Source: Eledone cirrhosa
Taxonomy: Eukaryota
NCBI GenBank assembly: GCA_964016885.1
Contig: OZ024743.1
Span: 215,512,001 to 215,576,000 of the forward strand
Length of the DNA: 64,000 nucleotides
Direction: 5' to 3'
Made by a program: the position numbers and the translations under genes. Position 1 is the first letter of the stretch. Every line of letters starts with the position of its first letter. Positions 1 to 12,929 of this stretch are shown here, piece after piece. Under the pieces are notes generated by a model. It was not told the DNA's origin and searched no databases. It saw only the letters and a list, made by a program, of their open reading frames with translations.

Positions 1-1130
1 TAACCCCAGTCTCCTATGTGCTACCTCTGAGCCGACATTTGGGAGGCTCCCATACAGTTCTGAGCTTTTCATCCTCAGTGTATACTGATTAATATTCAGA
101 GCCATCCTCAGGACTCTAGTGTAGCACCCAGCCGCCATCCGAGTGAGCCCCCCGGCCAGTGTCCAATTCCTAGACCCGCAAAGCAGCACAAACCCCATCA
201 CAGCAACGAAGAGGCGGACCTTAAGGTCTTCACGAAGCTCTGACTTCCACACCGATCTCAAGCTGCGGCAAGCCGCCCAGGCTTTGCTCTTCCTCTCAAC
301 CACATCATCTTCCGTATTCCCAATCTTTGCTTCCAACATATAGGAAGCGCTCAATCAATTCTAGCGGGTTCCTGCCTACATTAGTGATCCCCTCTGGCAT
401 CTCAACATTCTCTACCAGATATTTTGTTTAGTCTTATTCATTCTCAGCCCCACACTCATTGACACAGTCTCAACATCCTGCATCAAATCCTCTGCCTCCT
501 TCACTGTATTTGTCACCAAAACTATGTCGTCGGCAAATTCAGCATCTGATACCTTTTTCGCCTTAACTCTCCTCCTCTGAGCCGGTGCTACAGTAAAGCC
601 AGAGTACTGGTGTTTCTCCAGTGCATGTCGCATACAATAGTCCTCTACGATGATAAAAAGGTAGGGAGCCAATGTATCTCCCTGGAGCACTCCAGCCAGT
701 ATCTCAAAGAACTCTGTCATCCCATCAGGCGTAATGACTTGGGATTTGGTGTTGGTGTAGAGCAGTGATATCAGGTCCACTATCTTCTTGGGGATTCCAT
801 AAGCCTGTACGATCTTCATCAGGCAGTGACTGTCCACAGAATCAAAGGCCTTCTTAAAGTCAATGAAAACCATGACCGCAGGAAGGCTGTTTGCTCTAGC
901 TCCCTCTAATATCCTCCTCAGCATCAGGATGTGACTGGTGGCTGATCGTCCCCCTCTGAAGCCGTTCTGGTTGTCACTGAGCTTCTTCTGCATTTCAGGA
1001 TGGATCCTGTTAAAAATCATCCTGTTGAGTGTCTTTGCCTCAAATGACCTCAGTGTGATCCCCCTGTAGTTGATGGTGTTAGAGAGATCTCCCTTCTTTG
1101 GCATGCGTATGACATTAAACTACATCCAGT
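1..1130 (-). mobile_element. RTE-clade non-LTR retrotransposon, reverse transcriptase (3') portion, degenerate
   Basis: ORF 412-1104 has PKKGDLS..NYRGITL, QNGFRGGRS, FIDFKKAFDSV, GVLQGDTLAPYLF and EFADDIVL (non-LTR RT motifs). Frameshifted coding-like sequence continues to the window edge. Confidence 0.9.
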
Positions 1131-3092
1131 AGCAACGCTCCAGTTCGGGAGTTCAGGAGCTGTGGGGAATATGGAGTTACCCCCTAGTTGTCATAACTCC
1201 CAGGTCTGCTCTGGCCCGGAGAAGTGTTACCTGTTAGGGCTCCGTTTATGGGTTAAATAACTACCTTATTCGAGTGGCGCCGGTAAGGTATTGTCAGCCA
1301 TTGAAAAGAAATATGGAGAGTCTATCTAACAGCACTAGGGTTAGAGCCCTTAATTACACTGTCAAGGAGCAGTCCCTGTCGTTATGACTCTGCTGGCTTA
1401 GAGCCACAGAGAGGGCCAGTGGATGATGAATCAGCTGTCTCTGAGACAAATATAAAGAAAGCAATTTGTCCTGCAGAAGCGCCATCAAAATGGGCACTTT
1501 GAATGTGAGGACTATTCGGACGCTGGAGAAGAGAGAGGTGTTGGGACATCTGTTCGAGGAAAGTGGTATACAGATAGTTGCGTTCCAAGAACACAGGATC
1601 CTACACGATGAGCCCGTGAGGAGTGTGATGATTGGGAAGAGGAGCCAGGTCATCACCACATCGGAAGTGAGGAACATGATCGGTGCTGCAGTGGGGGGAG
1701 TGGGTTTTGTTTTCAGCACAAAAAACAGTCTATTGGTGAGGGAAATAATGCCTATCTCCCCGCGAGTGTTGAGGGTGATCTTGAATGGAAGCCCAAGATA
1801 GACAGACAGTCATCTCAGCCTATAGTCCAACCGAGGGGGACTGTGATGTGAGTGCGGAAGAGTTCCATGAGGAAGTGTGTAGAGCTGTCAACACCATTCA
1901 GGCACACAACATCCTGCTTGTTTTGTGGGATTTCAATGCACATCCGAGTAAGGAGGGCAGTGAAGATGCTTGATGGTACTTCCATAACAATACCAACTGA
2001 AATGGAAGACTACTAAGAGACACCCTGCTGGAGGCGAACTTGATACCGACCAACCTAAGGTTTAGGAAGAGTCCGGGGAAGATGTGGACCTACATCTCAT
2101 ATAAGCACTTCTCCAAGTTCCAGATTGATTTCATTCTGGTGAGGAAAAAGTGTCGGAATAGTGTTCTGAACACAGAAGCATACAACTATTCCAGTACACT
2201 GGGCAGTGACCACCGGCTTGTTATGAGTGAGGTCGGGGTGAGTTTAAGAAAGAGCAAGGCTCAGCCCCGGAGAGCAATCTATGACTGGGGAGCTTTCAAG
2301 TAAGATGATAAGCTACAGGAGAGGTTCACAGGGGAAGTGAGGAACAGGTTCAGTGCTCTGTGCGGAGAGACAGAGGAGAGAGAGACTAGATGGACTAAGG
2401 AGAGTGTGACAAGGAGGTACGGGCACTACAACAATGCAGTGGCGGAAGCAAGTGAAACCCTTGTGTCGAGGAAAAAGAACAAAATGAAGCACGTCATCTC
2501 TGCAAACCCAAAAGTGTGTGCAGCCAGAGAACACCTGAAAGCTGCCAAGGACCAATTCTATGCTGATCCTACGAAGGAGAGGATGGAGACTGTGGAGGTG
2601 GTGAGGGAAGAACTCAGTACCGCTTAAACTTAGGACAGAGAGGAGGCACTGATAGAGAAGATCAGAAGTGTGGAGAGAGCAGTTGACAGATCTGGATGTA
2701 AGGAGAGCTGGATGATCATCAACGAGACCACAGGGAGCAACAGAAGGTGTTCCAGTCACATCCAGGGAACGGGGCCCAATGATAGGAAGAGGAAATGGCT
2801 AGACCATTTTAGGACCCTATTAGGAGAGCCACCCTACACAGCCCAGAGCACTGGGGAGATCAGGCGGCTGTTTGAGGAACTGGATATTGAGACACAGCCC
2901 TTCACCAGAGAGGAGCTTCAAAGAGCCAAGTAGAGGATCAAGGAGAGAAAGGCTCATGGAGAAGATGGAGTGGCATCAGAGGTGATGAAGAGGTGTGATT
3001 TTGATGATATCATCCTGGGGTTCTGTAACCGGGCACTGGAGAAAGGAGTTTCCCCGAATCAGTGGAGGATCAGTAACATCGTCCCAGTGCCA

Positions 3093-3093
<1 letters not shown>
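1131..3093 (+). mobile_element. RTE-clade non-LTR retrotransposon, 5' region + AP endonuclease + RT start, degenerate
   Basis: Broken ORFs 1466-3093 contain GTLNVRT, VAFQEHR, SAYSPT, DFNAH, QIDFILVR and GSDHRLV (APE motifs). They end at QWRISNIVPVP against (TA)n. Confidence 0.9.
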
Positions 3094-3146
<53 letters not shown>

Positions 3147-3243
3147 TGGCACTGGGATGATGTTACTTATCCACCACTGATTCGGGGGAACTCCTTTCTC
3201 CTGTGCCCGGTTACAGAACCCCAGGATGATATCATCAAAATCA
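2996..3243. repeat. Inverted duplication (~100 bp arms) of the RTE end, centred on (TA)n
   Basis: 3142-3243 is the reverse complement of 2996-3097 with a few substitutions. Confidence 0.9.
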
Positions 3244-3308
3244 GACCTCTCAGTACTGAGTACTTTGGTGCGTTATGGTCCACCTGGTTCCTTACCACAT
3301 TTCCTTCG

Positions 3309-3311
<3 letters not shown>
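3244..3311 (+). repeat. Dispersed TA-adjacent terminal repeat (also ~13585-13650 and ~41696-41761)
   Basis: Three copies of agta(c/t)tgagtact.tggtgc..tatggtcca.ctggttccttaccaca, each followed by (TA)n. Confidence 0.8.
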
Positions 3312-3355
<44 letters not shown>

Positions 3356-3530
3356 TATATACGTATATGCATGTATAATAACCCATTTGTATCTCTGTCT
3401 GTCTCCAATGCACTTAAATCTAGTGGAATAATAATGTTTAAACTTAGCATTTCAGTTCCTTAAACACAGGAAAACATTTCCTCACTGATATTAATGCTTG
3501 CAAGACCTTCAGCCGACCCTCATGTGTATG

Positions 3531-3567
<37 letters not shown>

Positions 3568-4194
3568 ATATGATCACAGTTTTTCGATGCAAGAATGGGT
3601 TAGACTAGTTGTGAAGCAAATTATTGTGTTTAGAAATAACCTCATATTGAACGGAGAGCTGGAGAGAAAGAAGGAAAGAGAGTCTAAATAATATGATGAG
3701 AAATGAGGGGTGTATAGAGAGAGAATAGAAAAGAGTAGAGGAAAGGATAACATCGGGAATGAGATCGATGGACCAGGATTTATGGAGAAATCGTGTAACG
3801 GAGTATAAACGGTGGTGAAAGGATGGAAAATATAAACACACAACACGAATAGAACTTAAGCATCATATGAATTATCTGCTTCCTTCAAGACTAACAGTTT
3901 ATCGCGGGAGGGGGAGGTATATCTATGCATATATTGCTTTCCCGCGCAAATGAACTCAAATTTCTGTTGTTCTGAAGATTCTTATTTCCTCATTCCGTAT
4001 TTGTTTTTGTTTTTTCATTTCCTAAATCCTTATAAGCTATCACCCACCAGTAACAATCTCGCAAAGTGTTTCATATGATTCACTCCATAATAAAAATGTT
4101 ATTACCGCTTTACAGTTTCTTTATTTTAATAATATCTTCGTCATCATCGAATATATATTCGTAATATCTCCTAGTTATTTTACTGTGAAGGTGC

Positions 4195-4470
4195 GTAAAG
4201 GTTGTGAGTTGGAATCCTGGACCGGGAGGTGCGTTTCGTTCTTGTGCAAAACACTTCACGTATCTCCAATTCACTACTGTTTGGAAATGAGTTGCGACGT
4301 AACTGATTATTAGCTCTATCGGACACTGCCTTTCTCTTGGAAAAAATTGCTGGCGTGAAGAGGAGAGACTCGCATATATGGGGGACTACTGGTCTTCCAG
4401 AAACACACCATGCCCAGTCTTCTATCTCGAAGGAGAATGTTCTAGTACAAATCCATGGTCATCTGTAGTT
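4195..4470 (+). mobile_element. Old tRNA-derived SINE (diverged relative at ~58575-58835)
   Basis: B-box-like gagttggaatcc, CORE-like gttcttgtgcaaaacactt, and co-linear similarity to the 58.6 kb copy ending in tacaaatcc(c)at. Confidence 0.5.
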
Positions 4471-5280
4471 GGTAAATGTGAATTATTTAAAATATCATTC
4501 TTTTTGTAATGCCAGGATCAAAATTCTAAGATTGGTTTCCATGAATTGTCCCCCTTTACTAGAAGTAAAATAAAATATGTTATCTTCAAATCTTAAATAC
4601 TATATAAGTGCACTGAACTCTACCTGTTTTAAGACGGGGCAATTACATACTATCATTAAAATCCTCTACATTCACACTTCTTTGAGAATTGTTGGCATAC
4701 TTCTAACTTTTATATATATATATATATATATTTATATGTAGATAAATCTACCAAAATATACGGTGGTGTCCAATCCGTATGAAGAACTCAATGTAAACCA
4801 AATATGGAAGATATCATGAAAAGAGAAGATGCATTCAAAAAATTACGATAAAAATCATAGTTAAGATAAATTAATAAAAACAATGCAATAAAAACAAAGA
4901 GCAAGTTCCTTATATTAAAAAATTCATCATTTTCCCATCGTTTCTGGGATGTATATGTGTGTTGGTATGTATATCATATAGATCGGTGTAAAAATATTAC
5001 AAATTATCAGAGGAAATATACATACCTTCACATATACATGTCGTCCTCAGCAATGATGAGATGTGTTTATTGCAAAAAACAAAGAATTAATATAAAAGGT
5101 CTGTTGGGGAACAGGTTTTGAATTGACCAATAGAAATGGAGTTAGAGGTCAAGTTGATAGAATAACAGTAGTAGAAATTAAATCTAGGGGTAGAGGAGTG
5201 CAGACTTATGCTTTGAATGAAAATAATACTATGGGGTTGAAATTAGGTAAAGTCAAGGAGATAGTGAAGGGTACACGAAA

Positions 5281-5657
5281 ATTTGATGTTATTAAAGAAT
5301 ATTGTTAAAAACGAAGGAAAATAACATTTTAGGGTAAGGGTATTAGTGAAAAATACCAATCTTATTTAAACCACAAGGAATCTAGATATATAACAAGAAA
5401 TTAAATTAATTGATATGTATATTTACAGGGATAATGATATATTAATTCATATGAATGTGATGAATAAAAACTTGATATTATTAAAGAGTGTTGTTAAAAA
5501 CGAAGTAAAATAAAATTTAGGGATAAGGTCATTAGTGAGAAATACTAATCTTATTTACACTACAAGGAATCTAAATACATAACAGGAAATTAAATTAATT
5601 TATAGGTATACTTACAGGGATAAAATTATATTAATTCATACCAATGTCATAAATAAA
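5281..5657. repeat. Two-copy diverged tandem repeat, ~190 bp unit
   Basis: 5281-5467 aligns with 5471-5657. Confidence 0.8.
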
Positions 5658-6190
5658 GAAGCAAAAAATTAAAACAATAACAAATAAATATATTCTTTTA
5701 CTTTGGGAATTGATATAGATATTCTTTATGTGTTCCCTTATTGGAGATATTTCGCCTTAACAACAAAATATTTGTTTGTGCACTGGATGAGGTTTTCATG
5801 CACATTGTTAAATTTTTACGAATTCGTCTATATTTAGTATATATATAGAGTGCTTATGTATACAAACATTCACGTACACACAAGCGCGCCCTGCCTCACA
5901 CACACATATAGGGTCTGCTTCAAACGGAAAATGAAAGAATGCTAAAATTTGATTTACAGAAAAATGAAAATATATTTGAATTTTATGCAAATTTACAGAA
6001 AAATCCAACTACTCTCCTATAAATGCACATAATGTTAATCAAAAATAGAGTATGAAGTGTGACAAGACGACGAACTGTAATAATTGAACAAGAGACTAGA
6101 AAATAAGAGAAATTCATAATATATAATTCGTATCTCTACTTCTACTATATATATATATACATATTTATATATACATATGTATATATATAT

Positions 6191-6287
<97 letters not shown>

Positions 6288-6626
6288 TATATGTACATGA
6301 GCATAAACACATATATGGGAGTTGTGTCTTACTTCGCCATGTTTTGCTCGATAAATGAATGAAATAAACAATCATATATACATACATACTTACATATATG
6401 TATATATGTATATGTATATATATATATATAGATACATACTTACATTTAAGTAAGTGCCATACTAAGAGTGAGAAATGAAATTTCGTTTTCATTTTTTTTT
6501 CAACTAATCGTTTTCGGTATGCCTGACCGATTTAACTCACTCAATATGCAAATTAGGCTGCTCAGCCGTTAATTTTCATAAGGAAAGTATATACTTTCGA
6601 ACGTTCAACTATCTGGCAGATGGGTA

Positions 6627-6671
6627 AACGGTGCTGATGATAGCTAACAAGCTTGAAACTAGTACATCGTT
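6627..6671 (+). ncRNA. Minimal type I hammerhead ribozyme, unit 1
   Basis: aacggtg-CTGATGA-t agct aaca agct t-GAAA-CTAG-TA-catcgtt: 7 bp stem I, 4 bp stem II, palindromic stem III ACTAGT. Predicted cut is GUA after 6664. Confidence 0.85.
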
Positions 6672-6856
6672 CCTGTGTCAGTGTTGAACAAAAAGGTGAC
6701 GTGGTTGCCTTAACACCGTATGGCATAAATTCAGGCTGTTCGCTTTGTTGACAAACAAACGAACAAAGCGGCCGGCGTTATAATAAACGTAGGCTAAACT
6801 GATGCGTGCATATATGTATGTGTACCTGTATGCATATGTGTATATGTGTATGTATA

Positions 6857-6902
<46 letters not shown>

Positions 6903-7138
6903 TGCTACTGTACGTCTGTATACATATATGTATGTACGTATACATACATACTTACATTTAAGTAAGTGCCATACTAAGAGTGAGAAATGAAATTTCGTTT
7001 TCATTTTTTTTTCAACTAATCGTTTTCGGTATGCCTGACCGATTTAACTCACTCAATATGCAAATTAGGCTGCTCAGCCGTTAATTTTCATAAGGAAAGT
7101 ATATACTTTCGAACGTTCAACTATCTGGCAGATGGGTA

Positions 7139-7183
7139 AACGGTGCTGATGATAGCTAACAAGCTTGAAACTAGTACATCGTT
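7139..7183 (+). ncRNA. Minimal type I hammerhead ribozyme, unit 2
   Basis: Same sequence as unit 1; CTGATGA at 7146. Confidence 0.85.
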
Positions 7184-7368
7184 CCTGTGTCAGTGTTGAA
7201 CAAAAAGGTGACGTGGTTGCCTTAACACCGTATGGCATAAATTTAGGCTGTTCGCTTTGTTGACAAACAAACGAACAAAGCGGCCGGCGTTATAATAAAC
7301 GTAGGCTAAACTGATGCGTGCATATATGTATGTGTACCTGTATGCATATGTGTATATGTGTATGTATA

Positions 7369-7401
<33 letters not shown>

Positions 7402-7641
7402 GCATGCTACTGTACGTCTGTATACATATATGTATGTACGTATACATACATACTTACATTTAAGTAAGTGCCATACTAAGAGTGAGAAATGAAATTTCGT
7501 TTTCATTTTTTTTTTCAACTAATCGTTTTCGGTATGCCTGACCGATTTAACTCACTCAATATGCAAATTAGGCTGCTCAGCCGTTAATTTTCATAAAGAA
7601 AGTATATACTTTCGAACGTTCAACTATCTGGCAGATGGGTA

Positions 7642-7686
7642 AACGGTGCTGATGATAGCTAACAAGCTTGAAACTAGTACATCGTT
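7642..7686 (+). ncRNA. Minimal type I hammerhead ribozyme, unit 3
   Basis: Same sequence; CTGATGA at 7649. Confidence 0.85.
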
Positions 7687-7871
7687 CCTGTGTCAGTGTT
7701 GAACAAAAAGGTGACGTGGTTGCCTTAACACCGTATGGCATAAATTCAGGCTGTTCGCTTTGTTGACAAACAAACGAACAAAGCGGCCGGCGTTATAATA
7801 AACGTAGGCTAAACTGATGCGTGCATATATGTATGTGTACCTGTATGCATATGTGTATATGTGTATGTATA

Positions 7872-7902
<31 letters not shown>

Positions 7903-8141
7903 GCATGCTACTGTACGTCTGTATACATATATGTATGTACGTATACATACATACTTACATTTAAGTAAGTGCCATACTAAGAGTGAGAAATGAAATTTCG
8001 TTTTCATTTTTTTTTCAACTAATGGTTTTCGGTATGCCTGACCGATTTAACTCACTCAATATGCAAATTAGGCTGCTCAGCCGTTAATTTTCATAAGGAA
8101 AGTATATACTTTCGAACGTTCAACTATCTGGCAGATGGGTA

Positions 8142-8186
8142 AACGGTGCTGATGATAGCTAACAAGCTTGAAACTAGTACATCGTT
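8142..8186 (+). ncRNA. Minimal type I hammerhead ribozyme, unit 4
   Basis: Same sequence; CTGATGA at 8149. Confidence 0.85.
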
Positions 8187-8371
8187 CCTGTGTCAGTGTT
8201 GAACAAAAAGGTGACGTGGTTGCCTTAACACCGTATGGCATAAATTCAGGCTGTTCGCTTTGTTGTCAAACAAACGAACAAAGCGGTCGGCGTTATAATA
8301 AACGTAGGCTAAACTGATGCGTGCATATATGTATGTGTACCTGTATGCATATGTGTATATGTGTATGTATA

Positions 8372-8402
<31 letters not shown>

Positions 8403-8643
8403 GCATGCTACTGTACGTCTGTATACATATATGTATGTACGTATACATACATACTTACATTTAAGTAAGTGCCATACTAAGAGTGAGAAATGAAATTTCG
8501 TTTTCATTTTTTTTTTTCAACTAATCGTTTTAGGTATGCCTGACCGATTTAACTCACTCAATATGCAAATTAGGCTGCTCAGCCGTTAATTTTCATAAGG
8601 AAAGTATATACTTTCGAACGTTCAACTATCTGGCAGATGGGTA

Positions 8644-8688
8644 AACGGTGCTGATGATAGCTAACAAGCTTGAAACTAGTACATCGTT
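8644..8688 (+). ncRNA. Minimal type I hammerhead ribozyme, unit 5
   Basis: Same sequence; CTGATGA at 8651. Confidence 0.85.
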
Positions 8689-9141
8689 CCTGTGTCAGTG
8701 TTGAACAAAAAGGTGACGTGGTTGCCTTAACACCGTATGGCATAAATTCAGGCTGTTCGCTTTGTTGACAAACAAACGAACAAAGCGGCCGGCGTTATAA
8801 TAAACGTAGGCTAAACTGATGCGTGCATATATGTATGTGTACCTGTATGCATATGTGTATATGTGTATGTATATATATGTATATATATATATATATATAT
8901 ATGCATGCTACTGTACGTCTGTATACATATATGTATGTACGTATACATACATACTTACATTTAAGTAAGTGCCATACTAAGAGTGAGAAATGAAATTTCG
9001 TTTTCATTTTTTTTTCAACTAATCGTTTTCGGTATGCCTGACCGATTTAACTCACTCAATATGCAAATTAGGCTGCTCAGCCGTTAATTTTCATAAGGAA
9101 AGTATATACTTTCGAACGTTCAACTATCTGGCAGATGGGTA

Positions 9142-9186
9142 AACGGTGCTGATGATAGCTAACAAGCTTGAAACTAGTACATCGTT
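9142..9186 (+). ncRNA. Minimal type I hammerhead ribozyme, unit 6
   Basis: Same sequence; CTGATGA at 9149. Confidence 0.85.
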
Positions 9187-9371
9187 CCTGTCTCAGTGTT
9201 GAACAAAAAGGTGACGTGGTTGCCTTAACACCGTATGGCATAAATTCAGGCTGTTCGCTTTGTTGACAAACAAACGAACAAAGCGGCCGGCGTTATAATA
9301 AACGTAGGCTAAACTGATGCGTGCATATATGTATGTGTACCTGTATGCATATGTGTATATGTGTATGTATA

Positions 9372-9404
<33 letters not shown>

Positions 9405-9709
9405 GCATGCTACTGTACGTCTGTATACATATATGTATGTACGTATACATACATACTTACATTTATATATATATATATATACATATATATGTATATGTGT
9501 ATATATATATGTATATATATATACATATATATATATGTATATACATATGTACGTATGTATATATATATATATGTATATATGATTATTTATTTCATTCATA
9601 TATATATATATATATATATAATGTAGGAGGTGAGTTTTATTGTAGTACAATAAAGCAATGCAGATATCGGATAAGAAGCACTCTACAGTTTGTCGGACTG
9701 GAGTATACA

Positions 9710-10130
9710 TAATATATAAGAACAAAAGATGGTTAAAAGAGTTCCATGTATTTGATTATGCGCATTTCAAAAACAAATATCATCATGCAATAATATTTGT
9801 GTTTTCATCAGATAAAACAGGAAGACATGATATGAAGGTTAAAAAACACTTGTGGATAGTTCAGTTTGAAATCAACATATGAGAAATAGTTTTAGATTGA
9901 TGTGTGATATTGGGAAAAATCTGTTTCCCCATATCACACATCAATCTAAAACTACTTCTCATATGTTGATTTAAAACTGAACTATCCACAAGTGGTTTTT
10001 AACCTTCATATCATGTCTTCCTGTTTTATCTGATGAAAACACAAATATTATTGCATGATGATATTTGTTTTTGAAATGCGCATAATCAAATACATGGAAC
10101 TCTTTTAACCATCTTTTGTTCTTATATATT
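9710..10130. mobile_element. ~420 bp palindrome: head-to-head PLE-type terminal repeats, each arm with a hammerhead
   Basis: ~205 bp arms, centre ~9920, few mismatches, TA-rich ends. Confidence 0.8.
10022..10092 (+). ncRNA. Type I hammerhead ribozyme with long stem II (mirror copy ~9750-9820 on minus)
   Basis: tgttttat-CTGATGA(10030)-aaacacaaatattat..atgatatttgttttt-GAAA(10073)-T GCGC A-TA-atcaaata. Stem III is palindromic (ATGCGCAT). Confidence 0.7.
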
Positions 10131-11213
10131 ATATATATATATATATAGATGATTCTGTTGATTGATAAATTGTTTATGTTTGTTTGATAACTTCTGGTTG
10201 AGTGCTTAATTCGGTTTGTCTAAAGGGATTCATTCCTTTATCTCAAATTGGAATTCACTGCCTAAGCGGGGGTTACCTCCTTTAGAGAAAAACCACGTGT
10301 CTGTGGCGAAATTTAAAGCTACAATATGCGCGCTCAGGCTAAGAACGAAAGATTTGCTGAAGAAGGAAATCCTATGTTCTGTCGTCAAAAACCATTATAT
10401 TGCAGACTCATGCAAGCGGAATTTGTCGATCTTGGATTTGCAGACACTTAGCACTGATGTTGGGTGCTGTATGTGATGTATATTGTGTGATATACGATGT
10501 ACATTATATATTTTGCATTCAGCCTCACCGCTTTGTCCGGGTCAGTATAAAATCTTTCCCTGGCTCCTGTATTGTCGTTGCTCTGGTGATGCCGCTGGAC
10601 TGCCTACCGCTATATCTGATTTGCTAAGCTGTCTGAACGTATTGTTATTAGTCTGGGTTTTTTCTCCCCATCCCAGTGCTAAAGCTACAGACCGATTCTA
10701 CATTCGTTAGCTTGGCCGTGTTCTAAAGCTTCGTTAATGCTGTACTAAAATGTATATATATATATACATATTTATACATACACACATATATATATATATA
10801 TATATATCTGTGTGCGTGCATTTGTGTGAGTACAAACGTTATTACCACTTATTCTATTTATATTTATTGATTCTGCTAGATTTATGTATCATTTGTGAAT
10901 TTATATTTTACATACATTTTATTGCGAAGTTCAACCGTATTAAGAAAACCAGTTGGAGAGAAATTTATAAGAATTGGTAAGGAATTTAATAGGAGCAGTC
11001 TCATAAATTGTAAGGATCTAAACTAAATTGATTTAAGTGGTTGCAATATATGTCAGAGAGTAGATTTACGCAGATCGTATTTCTATCAATAAAAGAAGCT
11101 TAATTGGATAAAATCAATGATGTAACGTAATTTTCCAAGAACTCACATTTGAAATATTTTCTGTCTTCCTGTCTGTATTTTTCAATGCATGCATTTATAC
11201 ACACACACACACG

Positions 11214-11311
<98 letters not shown>

Positions 11312-11320
11312 AATAAATAT

Positions 11321-11352
<32 letters not shown>

Positions 11353-11356
11353 GTAT

Positions 11357-11432
<76 letters not shown>

Positions 11433-12336
11433 GGGGGTGTACGTGTGTGTGTATGTGTATGACGTTCAAATCATTCTCGAGTTATTGCATTGGAACTTTC
11501 TAATTATTCGCCATTGTTGTCATATATTTCTTAAATAACTACACCTGATCTCTTTTATTGGATTTATAAGGTAAAGAGAATACATGTGTATTGTGACTGT
11601 GAGTGTAGCTTGTGTTTCTAAATGTGTAACACATTGTCTATTTGCTTTATTTATCGGTGCGTATAATCTTGGTTTATATGGCTGCCATTATCATTGTAAA
11701 TAACTCTACATGAATCCATATATTTGAATATAGAAACATGTCTATGTGTATGAGCTTACGTGGATATGTCGATATAGATTTTCGTGTAAGCATATGCGTA
11801 TATGGGCGGGAATTTATGTCTATATAAGTTTTGTGTCTAATTTATAATACCCCGGTTTACACATAATTACACCAGGAAATGTCTGTGAATGTAATAATTG
11901 TTTCTACGTTAGGCACAAGGCCAGCAATTACCCAGTCTAATACTTAAAAAATTGAATATAACACCTCCATCATAAATAAATTGAATCAAAGCAAACTTTA
12001 AATCTAAACTAACTATTATAAATATTTTATGTAAATAGGATGGAGGATATATTATAGATTAAAAACAAATAGATGCTTCAACATTATAGCACAATACTTA
12101 GATATCATTTGGCAATTGATATTATGCCACAAACCATTTTTCGTAATTACAGACATTTATGAATAAGTAACTGTAGCACTAACATAACATGATTCTTGAC
12201 CATAATTTAAAATATTCGACGTGAGATTTACCTGTTTATATTACATAAACATATGCCGCACACCTTTATATACACATCTATATATATATGTATATCTATT
12301 TCTCTCTCACTCTCTCTCTCTCTATATATATATATA

Positions 12337-12520
12337 GGAAAATGTTTAACTCCGACTGCAGAGCTGAAATCATTTCGGCCGCTATTTCTGGACTAAATTG
12401 GAATTTTTAGCGTGGTAAATAAATAGCCGCACTTATCAAGGGGTAATTCCTTATATGGGAAGATTGTAGTTGTCAACAGATTTGGTCAACATTTCTTGTA
12501 AACACAATTAAATATTTCAT
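12337..12520 (-). mobile_element. PLE-type 3' terminal fragment (family also at 13160-13570, 17610-17910, 41568-41670)
   Basis: Shared ggaaaatgtttaac..cgac.gcagagct terminus next to (TA)n. The block at 12426-12520 is similar to 17809-17910. Confidence 0.55.
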
Positions 12521-12882
12521 GGTGGTGGGTGGTGGGAGGGGGGGGGGGGGCTGAACTTGCCTGTAGAACAATGAGGGAGTGTGTGGTGCCGGTCAAGCGT
12601 TGAAAGTGAATTCTATACACCAAATTCTAAGGGGTGTGTATGAAATTAAGCTAGTTAGGAAGCAGGCGAAAAAGTAATCTGGAGGAATTAGAGAGTGGGA
12701 CGTTATAGAATAGGTTAATAAACTAAGATTAAAAGATAATAAATAAATAAATAAAATATAATAATAATAAAATTAGATAGTAAAAAGTAATAAAAAATAT
12801 CTAGAGGCTAAAGCAGCTGGTATATTTAGTGGTATTGCGTTTTCGGGTAATGGTATATATGATTTTACTGGGGTGAGGGTAG

Positions 12883-12924
<42 letters not shown>

Positions 12925-12929
<5 letters not shown>

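Larger units (their letters stand above)
6433..9465 (+). repeat. Tandem array of 6 near-identical ~500 bp units, each with a hammerhead ribozyme (non-LTR retrozyme / pLTR-like array)
   Basis: Unit periods are 512, 503, 500, 502 and 498 bp, differing mainly in (TA)n and poly-T length. The array is terminally redundant (tacatacttacattta) and flanked by TA-rich microsatellite. Confidence 0.92.

Noticed and set aside
5015-5065. Minus-strand CTGAGGA..GAAG hammerhead-like core
   Set aside because: The core is imperfect and there is no stem I or III.
6545-6610. HDV-like ribozyme on the minus strand of the array unit (ggctgagcagcctaat)
   Set aside because: I could not form P1, P2 or P3 consistently in both the array and the 33 kb copy.
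6705-6780. Twister-like look of ttaacacc...gttgacaaac in the array unit
   Set aside because: The loop differs from the twister consensus and the pseudoknot partners are missing.
6678-9450. Repeated ~104 aa minus-strand ORF (MKTKFHFSLL...) in the array
   Set aside because: It runs through the variable (TA)n, the frame changes between units, and there is no recognisable domain.
6433-9465. CRISPR array
   Set aside because: Whole 500-bp units are repeated with no unique spacers, the context is eukaryotic, and there are no cas genes.
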